Shown: positions 26,576 to 39,705 of the stretch, piece by piece
Numbering within the stretch: position 1 is the first letter of the stretch
How the letters are laid out: every line of letters begins with the position of its first letter
From: Octopus sinensis
Taxonomy: Eukaryota
Length of the DNA stretch: 64,000 nt
Direction of reading: 5' to 3'
NCBI RefSeq assembly: GCF_006345805.1
Contig: NW_021834788.1
Span: 1-64,000 of the forward strand
Made by a program: the position numbers and the translations under genes
Notes under the pieces: model-generated
Told to the model about the DNA's origin: nothing
Databases searched by the model: none
What the model saw: only the letters and a program-made list of their open reading frames with translations

Positions 26576-26809
26576 AAAGGATATATGTTAACTAGTCGTT
26601 CAACTCCATTCTTTCATATACTTATAATTTTAAAATAAACATACAAATTTCCGCACGAAGACAAGTAGTCTATGCCCTAGGGACGTAGCTTCAACCGTGT
26701 TCTTTCTGATGTGAATTTGCTACCCAGGTATCGGTTATCTTTCGAATTATCCTTAATAAGATAATTCATTCAATTATTCAAATATACACATATATATATA
26801 TATATATAC

Positions 26810-26872
<63 letters not shown>

Positions 26873-27876
26873 ATATTTAAAGGTATTTTGTATGTCTATC
26901 TATCTATAAATATGCATACACAGAATTTTTGTCTGCCTGTATAGAAACAAATATAATATATGTAAATGTATGCATATATAAACTCGTATATATATACAGG
27001 AATCATCAAGAGATTAGAAAGAGAGCGGGAGGGGGACAGAGAGGAGTAAGGAGACATACACTCATTAATATTTGCTTTAATGCCTAAATGTCCTCTGTAT
27101 TTGTCTGGGTGCACATGTATTAAAGTGTTTGTAGCCGTGTTTCTTTTATCGTTGCACACTCGCTCCCTCTGCAACATAACAAACACATTTTGTCTATCAT
27201 TCTCTCTCTTACACACATACACATACAAACTCTCATTCTCTCTCTCCCTCACCCTCTCTCAAGCGGACATGCATAGTTTATCTTTGTTATTCTCGGAATA
27301 ATAAGAAAGCGATATTCTATGGGGAAGGGCTCGATGTAGTCTACCAGGCTGTTACTTAAATAAATATAAATAATCAGCTGATAACTACAAATAACTATTT
27401 TATCTCATCGGGGCGTTCATCAATTACTTTCCAATTGTAGCATATATCAATTTCTTTGTAATATATAGTCATTGAATAGAAAATATTTTTTTGCTGTCTG
27501 GACATCCTTCCGTTTGTACTATACATATTCAGTAGCGAAGTAACGTCATTTTCGGTTTGATGCAGCAAAAGACCCCATTGAATCATGCCATCTCTTTAAA
27601 TTTTCTCTTCTTCAATACTACTCTCTCACTTTCTTTGTCTCTCTCCTCTTTTCTCTCTTGCTCTCTCTCTCTCTCCCCTCTCATTTCTGAGTATCTTTAT
27701 ATATATGTGTGTGTGTGTGGCGTATATATATATATATATATATAATATATATATATAATATATATATATATATATAATTATAATAATAATATTAGGGAGT
27801 ATATCAAAACTTACAGGGAAAGATTAGATTTAGGATTAAATCAAATTTCACAGTATGAATATGAATATAAATTAAA

Positions 27877-28260
27877 TCTCTCTCTATATAAACGGCAGTT
27901 TGTCTGTGCGTTTTCTGTCTGTCTGTTTTCTCGTACCCTCACTCTGACCACGGCTTTCAACCGATTCTGATGAAACTTGACACACACATAGCCCAATGTC
28001 ATAATTCAAAACTAACGCAGCGAAAATTTTGAAAAGTTCCCCCAGTTCTGAAAAAAATCGATAAATTCGACATGGGGTCGAGAATCAGGAACCCAAACCA
28101 CAGACCGTCTAGGGGACGCAACTCCACCTTTTTTAACTCTCAAAAAAAATTTACCATCATTTTTTTCCCATTTTTTTGCTATTTTTTGGCTATAACTCTC
28201 TAAAAATGCTTTATAGTTATTTCCCTTACAAACCTGAGCAACGCCGGGCGATACTGCTAG
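27877..28260 (+). mobile_element. Non-autonomous Helitron (body type 1)
   Basis: 5' TC, 3' hairpin cctgagcaacgccggg followed by CTAG. Inserted between A and T with no TSD. Confidence 0.88.
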
Positions 28261-28431
28261 TTAGAGATAAAACCACTATTAGGCAACTCAAACAGTGATA
28301 GACATAAACCAAAACATAAAAAACAATGAATAAATATAATTAATATAATATACAAAATATATATAAAATTTGAATTTATAAATTTTTAAACTTTTAAACT
28401 TTTCCCTTCCTTGGATCTTTCCTTTTCCTAT

Positions 28432-28568
28432 GTTTCTGACAGAGAGCTCCGCTCGAAACGTTAAATCCTCCTTCTTTCATTCCTTTCCTGAGCGTCCAAT
28501 AACACTATACTTGTTCCACGTCCTCGCGTTGTTGTGTTTTCTCTTTGTGTTTTCAAGTTTGGATTAAC
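28432..28568 (+). mobile_element. Penelope-type pLTR remnant with minimal HHR-like motif (28432-28466)
   Basis: gttt-CTGACAGA-gagc tcc gctc-GAAAC-GTT-aaat; the core is one swap away from CTGACGA-A. A pyrimidine-rich tail ends at (TA)n. Confidence 0.6.
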
Positions 28569-29499
28569 TATATATATATACACGCGCACATACACACACA
28601 CACACACAATAACACACATACGCTTCATTTCACGTCCTTTACTCTCCTTTATCAATGCAGTTCTGTTTATATTTCATTTGAATTTAAATTTTCATTGTAT
28701 TTTATCCTTAAATTGTTGACCATATTCTGTGTATAGCCTATCGCCGACCATACCACATAACTGCCAGAAATATGTGTTACATCCACTCGCTCCGAGCGGT
28801 CGATTGCAAGCAAGAGATTCCGATATGTAAATATATTAAATATATGGTAGCTTATGTGATACATATATTTCCATATTTTATTTGCAATGCATAACAATGT
28901 TGCTCGATACAAGCAATGCATAATTATTCTCCTCGGGTTCATTAATATTTTCTTTCATTTTCGAGAGAGATCCCCATAAATAATTATTTTCACTTTTGTA
29001 CGAAGAGCTTTAAATACTGCGATTAAGCATTCGTTATTTAAGATATCCATCATGCTGTAGTGTTTTGGATTTGAATGGAATATCTGAAATGAAAAGTATT
29101 GGCGATTTGACTGAAAATGTATAGCTAATGCAAGAGTACTCTCTGTATAAGAAACATTGATAATACAGAGTGAAAAGGGAAATATTAACGAGATGGAGTC
29201 GAAAGCGAGAAGGTGACGGCAGTGAATTTAACATGGTGGCAGTGAAGGTGACAGTTGGGCAGGAGGTAGTTATAGTGATAGTAGTGGTGATATTGCTGTT
29301 GGATGGTACTTTGCTGGTAATGTGGACAGCAGGTCTAGGTGTTACGGTAGGTTCATAGATGGCTCCTTCAGCCAGTTACATCCGCACTAGCGCTGCAGCT
29401 ACATCACCAAACACATGACCATTAGTGGTAACCACGGTGATAACACCGCCAGATCATTGCACCTTATCGACTGCGTCAGCACCGGTGTTACCAACAGCA

Positions 29500-30113
29500 T
29501 CCCCAGGTCAGGAGCTTATCGGAGATGTACCATGAGTGCGAATATAACCACATTCCAAGTTTGTAAATATATCGGATCAGCCAGTACATCTTTCAAACGT
29601 CGCTTCCGCAACCACCAGTCATCCTTCAGAGTCCCAGAAAGACGGTTTGTACGTCCCTGGTCCGTCATGTGTGCCACCTTAAAGATCAAGGAACCGCGTG
29701 TGATATGAAGTGGAAAATAATAGATCATCCAGGCGCATGGGAGTAGCCGTTGCAAAATCTGCATCACGGAGAGGGCCTAAATTCTTAAGGACTATACTAC
29801 ACCTGGCGTGTCAAATAGTCGTAAAGAATTTTTTTCTAAATCTGTCTACTTCAAGCGCAATCGGTTGGAAAATTGGATCCCCCCCCTTTGCTAATTTGAC
29901 TTTTTCGGGTCTATAGGTGTTTTTTTATCATCTGGTTCAGAGAAGACAAACCGTCCTCCTTAACGCTTTTACGTGGTAAAACTTAAATCTCGATTTCTGA
30001 GGGCATCCTCACGTCCGCAACGTAGAAAGCTCAATTTTTTTTTGTTTTTGTATAGAGTCTGACTAGCAATCCAGAAGGCTTTAGTTTTGTGGACACGAAA
30101 CTTTTGTCCCAAA

Positions 30114-30116
<3 letters not shown>
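29500..30116 (+). mobile_element. Penelope-like element 3' end: decayed GIY-YIG endonuclease + pLTR
   Basis: YRRCTM...KYIGSASTSFKRRFRNHQSSFR, then HVCHLKDQG...MKWKII, RCKICITE and NSRKEFF. Two degenerate HHR-like motifs at 29994-30028 and 30059-30108 (CTGACTA...GAAAC tttt GTC). Ends at (TA)n. Confidence 0.82.
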
Positions 30117-30158
<42 letters not shown>

Positions 30159-30820
30159 GATTGGCTTCTTTCAGCTTCCGTCTACCAAATCCGCTCACAA
30201 GGCTTTAGTCGAACCGAAGCTGTCGATAGGAGAAGGTGCCAGCCGCTATAGAAGTTGGATGCTTGGCTCATTTCCTCAGGACCCCAATGATGCTTACATG
30301 GCACACGGAGAAAAAGATGAGTTTAAATGCGAGATACAGGGGCCGTTAAAACAAGAGACGCTGGAAGACTTGGTGGCAGACAATGAGTAAAAGAACGCTA
30401 CAGACACACAGTGGGAAGGAAAGGGTCATCGGCACAACGTAATTATAGAATTATAGTAAGGATTAGTTTTGTTTCGTTGAATCAAATTTTAATTAAGTAA
30501 ATATTTATCGTCTGAATATTAAAATTCATTTCATCAATTTTGTATAAGCACAAAGAAGTTTCATAAAAAAAAAAATTAGATTGTAATTCTTGTACGTATG
30601 ACATATTTCCTGATATTATCCATGGCGACAAATGTATACTTCCAAAGTTTTCTATCATATGGAAAGTAACACTGGTAAATTATAAATAAGCATTTTTATA
30701 TGTATGTATGGTATATATGTGTGTACGCACGTAAAACGTTTCACAAGTCTAAATGCTTTTAATATTTCCGTTAACCATTTGTTTTCAATCAATTCCATAT
30801 TAGATAATAATAATTATTAT

Positions 30821-30821
<1 letters not shown>

Positions 30822-30870
<49 letters not shown>

Positions 30871-30890
30871 ACAGTAGTAGTAGTAGTAAC

Positions 30891-30937
<47 letters not shown>
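30822..30937. repeat. (AGT)n microsatellite
   Basis: Directly visible. Confidence 0.95.
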
Positions 30938-30938
<1 letters not shown>

Positions 30939-31062
30939 CTCTGGTAGTAATGTTAATGATTACGAAAATAGCATAAAACTTGTTAAAAGAAAAGCTCCAT
31001 GCTATGTATCTCTATTTATTTTTCATTCTGTCTGACTGTCTGTCTGTCTCTCTCTCTCACTG

Positions 31063-31099
<37 letters not shown>

Positions 31100-31242
31100 T
31101 ACTTATACATATACACATAGGGTAACGAAAAGTAAGCTGCGCCAAACTACATATCAATCTTTCTGCACTCGGTCGCCAGAAATAGGGGCCAAGTCACCTT
31201 TCAGTTAAGATACACACAAATACACACACACATATATGTATG

Positions 31243-31315
<73 letters not shown>

Positions 31316-31542
31316 GTATATAATTTAGAGAAAAAACCTATATTAAATAATTCAATAATGAAAGAAGTTATTGTTATTCACACCATATAGAAAACATATA
31401 CTATAAAAATTACCTTATTTTAAATCAATAAAGTACAGTAAATAATAAACAGTAGTAAAAAGACAACGCACGTTTCATCGCTGTATTATAATATTTCTAT
31501 TACAATAATATTATAATATCTCTATTTATACTACTATTATAT

Positions 31543-31573
<31 letters not shown>

Positions 31574-32192
31574 GTGTGTGTGTTTGTGTATACGTATACA
31601 TATATATATGTGTGTGTGTGTGCGTGCGTATATATATATATATATATATTTGTAATAAACATGTAATGTACATGCATTCACATCCACGCATCTATGTACA
31701 CAGCCGAGATGTACCTTTGATACTTAGCAGAGTTTCCATTATAGGGAGCCGTTTCTTTAGCTACATGCACAATTTCTTTCTTCATTTCATTAGAAATAAT
31801 CATTTGAGCGTAATCTAACATGCATCTATAATGAATCACATGCTGCAACTGCAATTTACTTTCCAATGATTCCTTAAAGTTTCGTGAAAAAACTAGTTTT
31901 CTTATCTATATTCTTTAATTAAATATACGCATTCTATTCTTAACCGAAAATATGTATTTCAATGATTTTCTTTCACAAAATTTTTTTTTTTATAAATGCC
32001 CTCCATTCGTGATTGTCATATCAAAACATACATGTTCTCTACACAAACGCACACACAATCCCTCCACACACACGTACGCATGCATGCATGCACAAAGAAG
32101 CATTCACATGCAGGTGTACAGCCGAATTATTTTAGAAATACGGAGAATGTTACAATGACTTTGATAATTCTGTTTTTAGTGTCAATATGCTA

Positions 32193-32758
32193 TTGGGTTG
32201 TCCGGAAAGTTCGTGCCGATTTATAGTAGCTTACCTTTCGACTTATTTTAGAACATGGTTGAGTTCATCAAATAGGATTTGACTACACCTTCATTTTGAG
32301 CACAGTTTAAGCTAGCTTTTCGTCGAAGAAGGTTTATGTTCCTATAACCTGTGTTAATTCTGTAACCCTTTAAAATGGAAGATAAGAAAGTTCATTTTCG
32401 GCACTTGATGCTTTGGGAACCAGGCAAAAATTGCTGCAGCTTGGCTAGTATGTGTTACCCCACTTTCCATATTCACCAGATATTGCTCCTTCGGATTTCC
32501 ACTTATTCAGGTCTGTGCAGAATAGTCTTAATGGTAAAAATTTCAATTCCTTGGATGACATAAAAAGATACCTTGATGAATTCTTTGCCATGAAACCACC
32601 TCAATTCTGGGAAGAGGATAATTTGAAGTTAATGGAAAGATGGAGTCGCATTGTGCAACAAAGTGGTTCATATTTGGTTGATTAAAAATGTAATGGCAAA
32701 TATTTATTGACCTTTTTCTTTACTTCAAAAATCGGCATGAACTTTCCAGACAACCCAA
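32193..32758 (+). mobile_element. Internally deleted mariner (DD34D) element with both TIRs
   Basis: TA|ttgggttgtccggaaagttcgtgccgattt ... aaatcggcatgaactttccagacaacccaa|TA. MEDKKVHFRHLMLWE is joined to LPHFPYSPDIAPSDFHLFRSVQNSL...ERWSRIVQQSGSYLVD*. Confidence 0.95.
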
Positions 32759-33504
32759 TATATTACATTACGTTATAATGAATTCTTAGTTCATCGCTTT
32801 TTCATGGCTTGTTCGCATTGAATTAATACCACAATTACATTCACAAGTCCAGTTTTAGTTTAATTCAACGGTGCTTATTAGAAATAAAAGTATAGCTCAT
32901 CTTACTTCCTTTATAGTTACATCCTTTTCGAATTTACACTGCTTTTTAGAGAAATTAAAGTTAAAAAATTAAACTTCAAATTTACGTCTGTGTAAGCGAA
33001 CACATTTAAAAGCATAAATATTTTTTTAAATATCTAAAAATCAACAATGAAGTGCAAAAAATAATAATAATAAAATACACGCGAAATATGTACAAATCAT
33101 TTATTAAAACTGATATAAGCTAATAAAATTTTAAATACATTTTACCGCGTTACATTGCTTTTGGAGTTTTGTCGAATGCCGTATAACACATTTCCGATAG
33201 TAGTTGAGGTATGCCCGTAATATATTTTTCATTGTCGGATATATATGTAGAGACTAGTTACAGTGTGGATAATAATTATTATAGAGAGCGAATTAGTATT
33301 TTTTAAGTGGAGAATATTTCTTGTTATATTGGTTCCGGCTCTTTGTGATTAGGGGCCTTCATCGACTTTCTCTCTCATATACGCGGGGTAAAAAAACTAA
33401 TGTACCAGTTCCTTACTGTTATCAAGTTTTCTTTTATCCCCTCCTCCCTCCTCCTCTGCGTGTATATATATATATATATATAAAATAATAAGGGTGAAAA
33501 ATTG

Positions 33505-33610
33505 AATATTATTCGCAAAATCACCGAACCTGGAACTTAACTATGGCCTGTCTATAGCACTTATTCAGCAGGACCTGACACCTTTGGGTCTCAATGACAC
33601 CATTACCTAT
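33505..33610 (+). mobile_element. Dispersed repeat, possible Penelope-like ORF C-terminus fragment
   Basis: About 100 bp are shared with 40278-40380 in inverted orientation. It translates to E.LIRK..P.LN.G / TPLGLND-like text typical of GIY-YIG ends, and lies between TA tracts. Confidence 0.45.
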
Positions 33611-33611
33611 G

Positions 33612-33643
<32 letters not shown>

Positions 33644-33646
33644 GTA

Positions 33647-33682
<36 letters not shown>

Positions 33683-33740
33683 TGTATGTATGTATGTATG
33701 TATGTATGTATGTATGTATGTATGTATGTATGTATGTATG

Positions 33741-34339
33741 TATGTATACTATATATCTTGTTGTTTTAGCAACTAAATGCTCACCATCGAGGCTAATTGA
33801 ATCTACCAGTCATGTTCATATAAACATTTGTTTAAAGGGGAAATGAAATATAAAATTTAAATCAATGGTTATTCCCTCTATATTTCTTCCATATAATACA
33901 TCAAACGACTTCTTACCTAGCCGTCAAGACGAGAGCAATAAAATTTTGTTAAATATTCCAAATTATTTTGCGCAATGTATTTTCAATGCAGTAGGTGTTT
34001 TTTGGTTTTTACATATGTGGATATGTTCATAAGGTAGCGCCATTACGTCTGTGCTAGTTTCTACAGACCGGCGAGTTGCAGGTCATCATTACGTCATAAG
34101 TCGGTCGAAAGAATGCTGATCCTACAATGGGCGACTGTTTAGAAAAGAGGCAAAATATTGTGAAGCTGATCATTGGTTTAGATTCTATGTTGGATTGAAC
34201 TGAGCTGCAATCTACTTATTGCAATTTCAATTTTATTTTTACTATCACACCCGCGTCTCTCTTTCTCTCTTTTTTTTACTTATAAAATGTTAGAAGCTCA
34301 CACACGCGCGCCCGCACGCGCAGACTCAAACGCGCTCAC

Positions 34340-34371
<32 letters not shown>

Positions 34372-35055
34372 TATATATGTGTATATATATGTATATATAT
34401 ATATGTGTATATATATGTATATATATATGTATATATATATGTATGTATGTATACTATATATCTTGTTGTTTTAGCAACTAAATGCTCACCATCGAGGCTA
34501 ATTGAATCTACCAGTCATGTTCATATAAACATTTGTTTAAAGGGGAAATGAAATATAAAATTTAAATCAATGGTTATTCCCTCTATATTTCTTCCATATA
34601 ATACATCAAACGACTTCTTACCTAGCCGTCAAGACGAGAGCAATAAAATTTTGTTAAATATTCCAAATTATTTTGCGCAATGTATTTTCAATGCAGTAGG
34701 TGTTTTTTGGTTTTTACATATGTGGATATGTTCATAAGGTAGCGCCATTACGTCTGTGCTAGTTTCTACAGACCGGCGAGTTGCAGGTCATCATTACGTC
34801 ATAAGTCGGTCGAAAGAATGCTGATCCTACAATGGGCGACTGTTTAGAAAAGAGGCAAAATATTGTGAAGCTGATCATTGGTTTAGATTCTATGTTGGAT
34901 TGAACTGAGCTGCAATCTACTTATTGCAATTTCAATTTTATTTTTACTATCACACCCGCGTCTCTCTTTCTCTCTTTTTTTTTACTTATAAAATGTTAGA
35001 AGCTCACACACGCGCGCCCGCACGCGCAGACTCAAACGCGCTCACATATATATAT
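33741..35055 (+). repeat. Near-identical tandem duplication, period 705 bp
   Basis: 33741-34345 equals 34446-35050 except for one T in a homopolymer. The junctions lie in TA/TATG microsatellite. Confidence 0.95.
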
Positions 35056-35130
35056 ATATATATATACATTTATGTGTGTGTCTGTGTAAATTATACAAGT
35101 GCATGTACATTGATGTTTGCATGATGTATA

Positions 35131-35166
<36 letters not shown>

Positions 35167-35276
35167 TGTGCGTGTGTGTGGTTAGATAGCACCTTAAGTA
35201 ATGACTATTTTGTTCGCGTTGCTATTTTTAAGAAAATATTTCTTTTATATATATGTGTGTGTATGTGTGTGTTTGA

Positions 35277-35312
<36 letters not shown>

Positions 35313-35343
35313 ATACGTGTTTGCATATACATACATGCATACA

Positions 35344-35399
<56 letters not shown>

Positions 35400-35758
35400 A
35401 ATATAGATAATATATATATGCATACATATAAACATATATACATACACGCGAACACAGCACACATGTACAAGTATGTATCCAGCGAAATTATACGCAAGCA
35501 GACAATGAAGTCTAGAAATAGATATAACGACAAAACGATGAATACACGGCTAGAATAAAGTATAAAGCATAGAGAAATAGAGAGAATGAGTTATAATGAG
35601 GGATGAACTGACTGTTTAAGGTGATGGCATATTGACTATAATCATTCTAAGCTACGTATGCGATTCATTATTACCTTAAATTTTAGGAATCATAGGTTTG
35701 GCCGACCCACTATTTAACGAAGTATATAATTTAGCATATACATACACACATACATATA

Positions 35759-36125
35759 GGCGCAGGAGTGGCTGTGTGGTAAGTAGCTTGTTTACCAACC
35801 ACATGGTTCCGGGTTCAGTCCCACTGCGTGGCACCTTGGGCAAGTGTCTTCTACTTTAGCCTCGGGCCGACCAAAGCCTTGTGAGTGGATTTGGTAGACG
35901 GAAACTGAAAGAAGCCCGTCGTATGTATGTATATATATGTGTGCGTGTGTGTGTTTGTGTGTCTGTGTTTGTCCCCGTTACTTAGCGGTTCGGCAAAAGA
36001 GACCGATAGAATAAGTACTGGGCTTACAAAAGAATAAGCCCCGGGGTCGAGTTGCTCGATTAAAGGCGGTGCTCCAGCATGGCCGCAGTCAAATGACTGA
36101 AACTAATAAAAGAGTAAAAGAGTAA
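35759..36125 (+). mobile_element. tRNA-derived SINE family A, full length (reference copy)
   Basis: A box tggctgtgtggtaa, B box gggttcagtccc, CORE-like ccttgggcaagtgtctt, internal microsatellite and (taaaagag)n tail. Confidence 0.92.
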
Positions 36126-36167
36126 TGCAAACACACTTACATACACTAACATATATATATATATATA

Positions 36168-36575
36168 AATGCTTAGCAGCATTTCGTCCGTCTTTATATT
36201 CTGTGTTCAAGTATCACCGAGGCCGACTTAGCGTTACATTTTTCCTGGATCGATGAAATAAGTACCAGTTGAGCACTGAGTTAGATTTTATCGATTGATC
36301 TCCTTCTCGGCAATTGCTTTAATTTAAATTTATTGATTCGAATATTTGAGGCCGGCGAACTGACAGGATCTTTAAGCACGTTGGACATAATGCTGAGTGA
36401 CGTTTCTTTCGAATCTTTACGTTGAGAGTAAATATTTCGCTGGGGTCAGTTTTGCTTTGCATCCTTTCGGGATCGATGTAGTAAGTACCAGCTGAGCACT
36501 GGAACTGATGTAATACATTAGCCATCTCAAAATTTTACCCCACAATTTAGGCCTTGCGCTTATAGAAGAAAAGGG
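36168..36575 (+). mobile_element. Two degraded SINE family B copies (36168-36305, 36348-36575)
   Basis: catttcgtccgtc...gatcgatgaaataagtaccagttgagcactg and ggcggcgaactgacagga...catcctttcgggatcgat...aagtaccagctgagcactgg. Confidence 0.7.
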
Positions 36576-36619
36576 CTAATATGAATATGAAAGCCTAAAC
36601 ACGCACACACACACATTAT

Positions 36620-36798
36620 ATGCTGGCGTTGAAAGGTGGTAAGAAGTTTGCTTCCAAGCCACACGGTTCAGTGTCCACACCCACTGCGTTGCACTTACGC
36701 AAGTGTCTTCTACTTTAAACCCAGGTCGATCAAAAACCTGGTGAATGAATTTGGTAAATAGAAACTGAAACAAGCCCATCGTATATGTGTGTGTATGC

Positions 36799-36871
<73 letters not shown>

Positions 36872-37072
36872 TATATCATCGTACTTGCGTTTGTCCTCCA
36901 CTATCGGTGTTGGTTTGTTTATGAACCTATAAAATAGCAGTTCAGTAAACGAAACCGAGAGAATTAGTACCAAACTGAGAAAGGTAACTAATGGGGTCTA
37001 TTTCTACGACTAAACCTTTGAAGACAGTATTCCAGCATGGCCCTAGTCCAATCTGTTAAAAGTAAAAGATGA
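36620..37072 (+). mobile_element. SINE family A, degraded, with expanded internal (TG)n
   Basis: Colinear with 35759-36125. Confidence 0.8.
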
Positions 37073-37136
37073 AAGGTAAAAGATACGTATGTATGAATGT
37101 ATATACACACGTATTTGCATATACATACATTCACAC

Positions 37137-37177
<41 letters not shown>

Positions 37178-37830
37178 TATATAATAATATAAATAATATA
37201 ATATATATATATATACATGCATACATACATAACACACACCTACTAAACACACCTACTCACACACACAAAGACATATAATTGAATGTATACATATACAAAT
37301 ATATACATATATGCATAAACACACATACGTATATATGTATGTATGTATTTATGTATGCATCTATGTATTATGTGAATATCTGTGCCTCCGCGTGTGTGAG
37401 CATATGTCTGCGTATATTATAAAATGGTGAAACCGCCTTGGCCTTTAAGGAGTAGGCGATGAGAGAAGAACTGCCTCTGTGTTTGTGTCTTGTTAGAGTT
37501 TTACTTATTGACTATGCTCAATGTTCCTTCTATAGCCCTACAGATATACACATGTATATGTATACACGTAAGCATGTGTTCATGTAAATATACACACACA
37601 CACGAGAAGTTAGATAATTTATGTATATCTAAAGTATGTGCATATTTAAACATATGATAGCGTTTGTGTAGATAGGTGTTTGTAAAAAACAGGTGTTAAA
37701 CATCAAGAAACATGTTTGCAATCACGTGTAAACATCTTAGAAACTAGCGCACAATTTTCTAGAATATTTGCAGAACAGAAACGTGTACGGATAATTTGGC
37801 TTACGTATACGAATAGAATCAGTTCAGCGA

Positions 37831-37870
<40 letters not shown>

Positions 37871-38010
37871 GTATATATGTTTATGTATATATATATATGT
37901 ATATATGTATATATATATGTGTATATATATATATATATGTATATATGTGTATATATATATATATATTTATGTATATATATATTATATATGTATATATATA
38001 TATATATGTA

Positions 38011-38051
<41 letters not shown>

Positions 38052-38248
38052 GTATATATATATAATATATATATGTATATATATATATATATATATGTTT
38101 ATGTATATGTATATATATATGTTTATGGATATATATAGATATGTTTATGTATATATATTATATATATGTATATATGTTTATGTATATATACTTTTTTTTA
38201 TTTGTTTCAGTCATTTGACTGTGGCCATGCTGGAGCACCGCCTTTAGC

Positions 38249-38306
<58 letters not shown>

Positions 38307-39353
38307 CTATGATGTTCGGAAATTGAATATTGAGAAAAAAGTTGTCAGAATTTTGGAAAAAAGTCTATTTATTTCTTCATTTTCGTTCGTTTCTCGAACT
38401 TGTCAAATAAAATTTTGTGAATGTACAAACAGCCTATTCATATATATATATAAAAGATGATTGGGGGAGATGTTTAGAAGAGAACACTATTTTTGTTTTT
38501 TGGGGTGAGGTTCCATGACAATGCAGATGGACAGATAGAAATGTACTTAGGTAGATGGGCTGATAGATAGAGATGAGAGAGAGAGAGAGAGAGAGATGGG
38601 CGATCCCCCCTTCCTATTCACCATTCATTTATACACTCATTTGTTTAGTTATTTACCATTATATTGGAATTGGTTTAAGGATGATGACCTCTTCAAAAAA
38701 AAATACAGGTCTATTGGCATCATTGAAAGTCTTTTTACTTTCTTTCTCTCTTTCCCTTTCCTTTCATTCTTTTTTCCCCCCTCTTTCCTTCTTTTTCTCC
38801 TCTTTGAGTTATATTTAGAATACAAAATGTACTGTCTCCTCTTTCAAACATTTAAATTTGAAGAGAGTATGTTAATGAAACGGACGTAGTTCTGCATGAA
38901 AAAACATCATTACAATATTTGCAAATTAAAATTTTTTAAATTAAATAAATAAAATAAAATACGAAATATATATACATATACTCATATACGTATAAAGCTA
39001 AAGCTTCCCAATGCTACATATATATATATCTGAACATTTGTAGAGACGAACCTCATTTGGAATAAAAAATGCAAATTATCCACTTTACCTTCAAACATTC
39101 AATTTTCGAGAGAATCCCTTGATGAAGTGTGTGTGTATGTATGTGTGTGAGTGCGTGTGTGTGTGCGTCTCTGTGTGCGTGTGCATGTGTGTGTGTTTAG
39201 GAACATGTCCATATTTATACTGTGTAACTTCGATCACGCCTCCTTCAATTTCATATTTTTGCATTAGGGAACATTAGTATAACACTTACAAACTAGAAGA
39301 ACACGCAACGCTCAGAACATCTCAATGCCACACATATACATCTGAATATTTAC

Positions 39354-39474
<121 letters not shown>

Positions 39475-39705
39475 TATCTGTAAATATAATGTGTGACAAT
39501 TATTCGGTAGCCATGATAAAACATCGAGTTTCGGATGCCGGGACGGAAATACACGCCGACATCTCTTCAGTTATCGCCCTGACATCCGAAACTCGGAGTT
39601 TTATCATGGCTACCGAATAATTGTCACATATTTTATTTACAGATAAATTCCTCTATTTACATAATATCGAGTTCTCTTTCATTCTTTTTGTTGTCTTACC
39701 ATTTA
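39475..39705. mobile_element. Fold-back Penelope-type pLTR insert (inverted arms 39475-39542 / 39577-39645)
   Basis: ~67-bp inverted arms. The spacer supplies the CTGAAGA core of a minus-strand HHR. Flanked by (GATA)n and (TA)n. Confidence 0.82.
39516..39574 (-). ncRNA. Type I hammerhead ribozyme
   Basis: ataa-CTGAAGA-gatgtcgg...ccggcatc-c-GAAAC-tcgat-GTT-ttat: 4-bp stem I and 8-bp stem II. The opposite arm preserves the palindromic stem III actc.gagt. Confidence 0.72.

Larger units (their letters stand above)
26264..26626. mobile_element. 363-bp spacer-less palindrome; inverted pLTR pair of a Penelope-like element
   Basis: Arms 26264-26448 and 26449-26626 are reverse complements apart from a few substitutions and one 7-nt indel. 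The centre is ctgaccggtcag, each arm holds an HHR, and (TA)n lies on the left. Confidence 0.9.
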
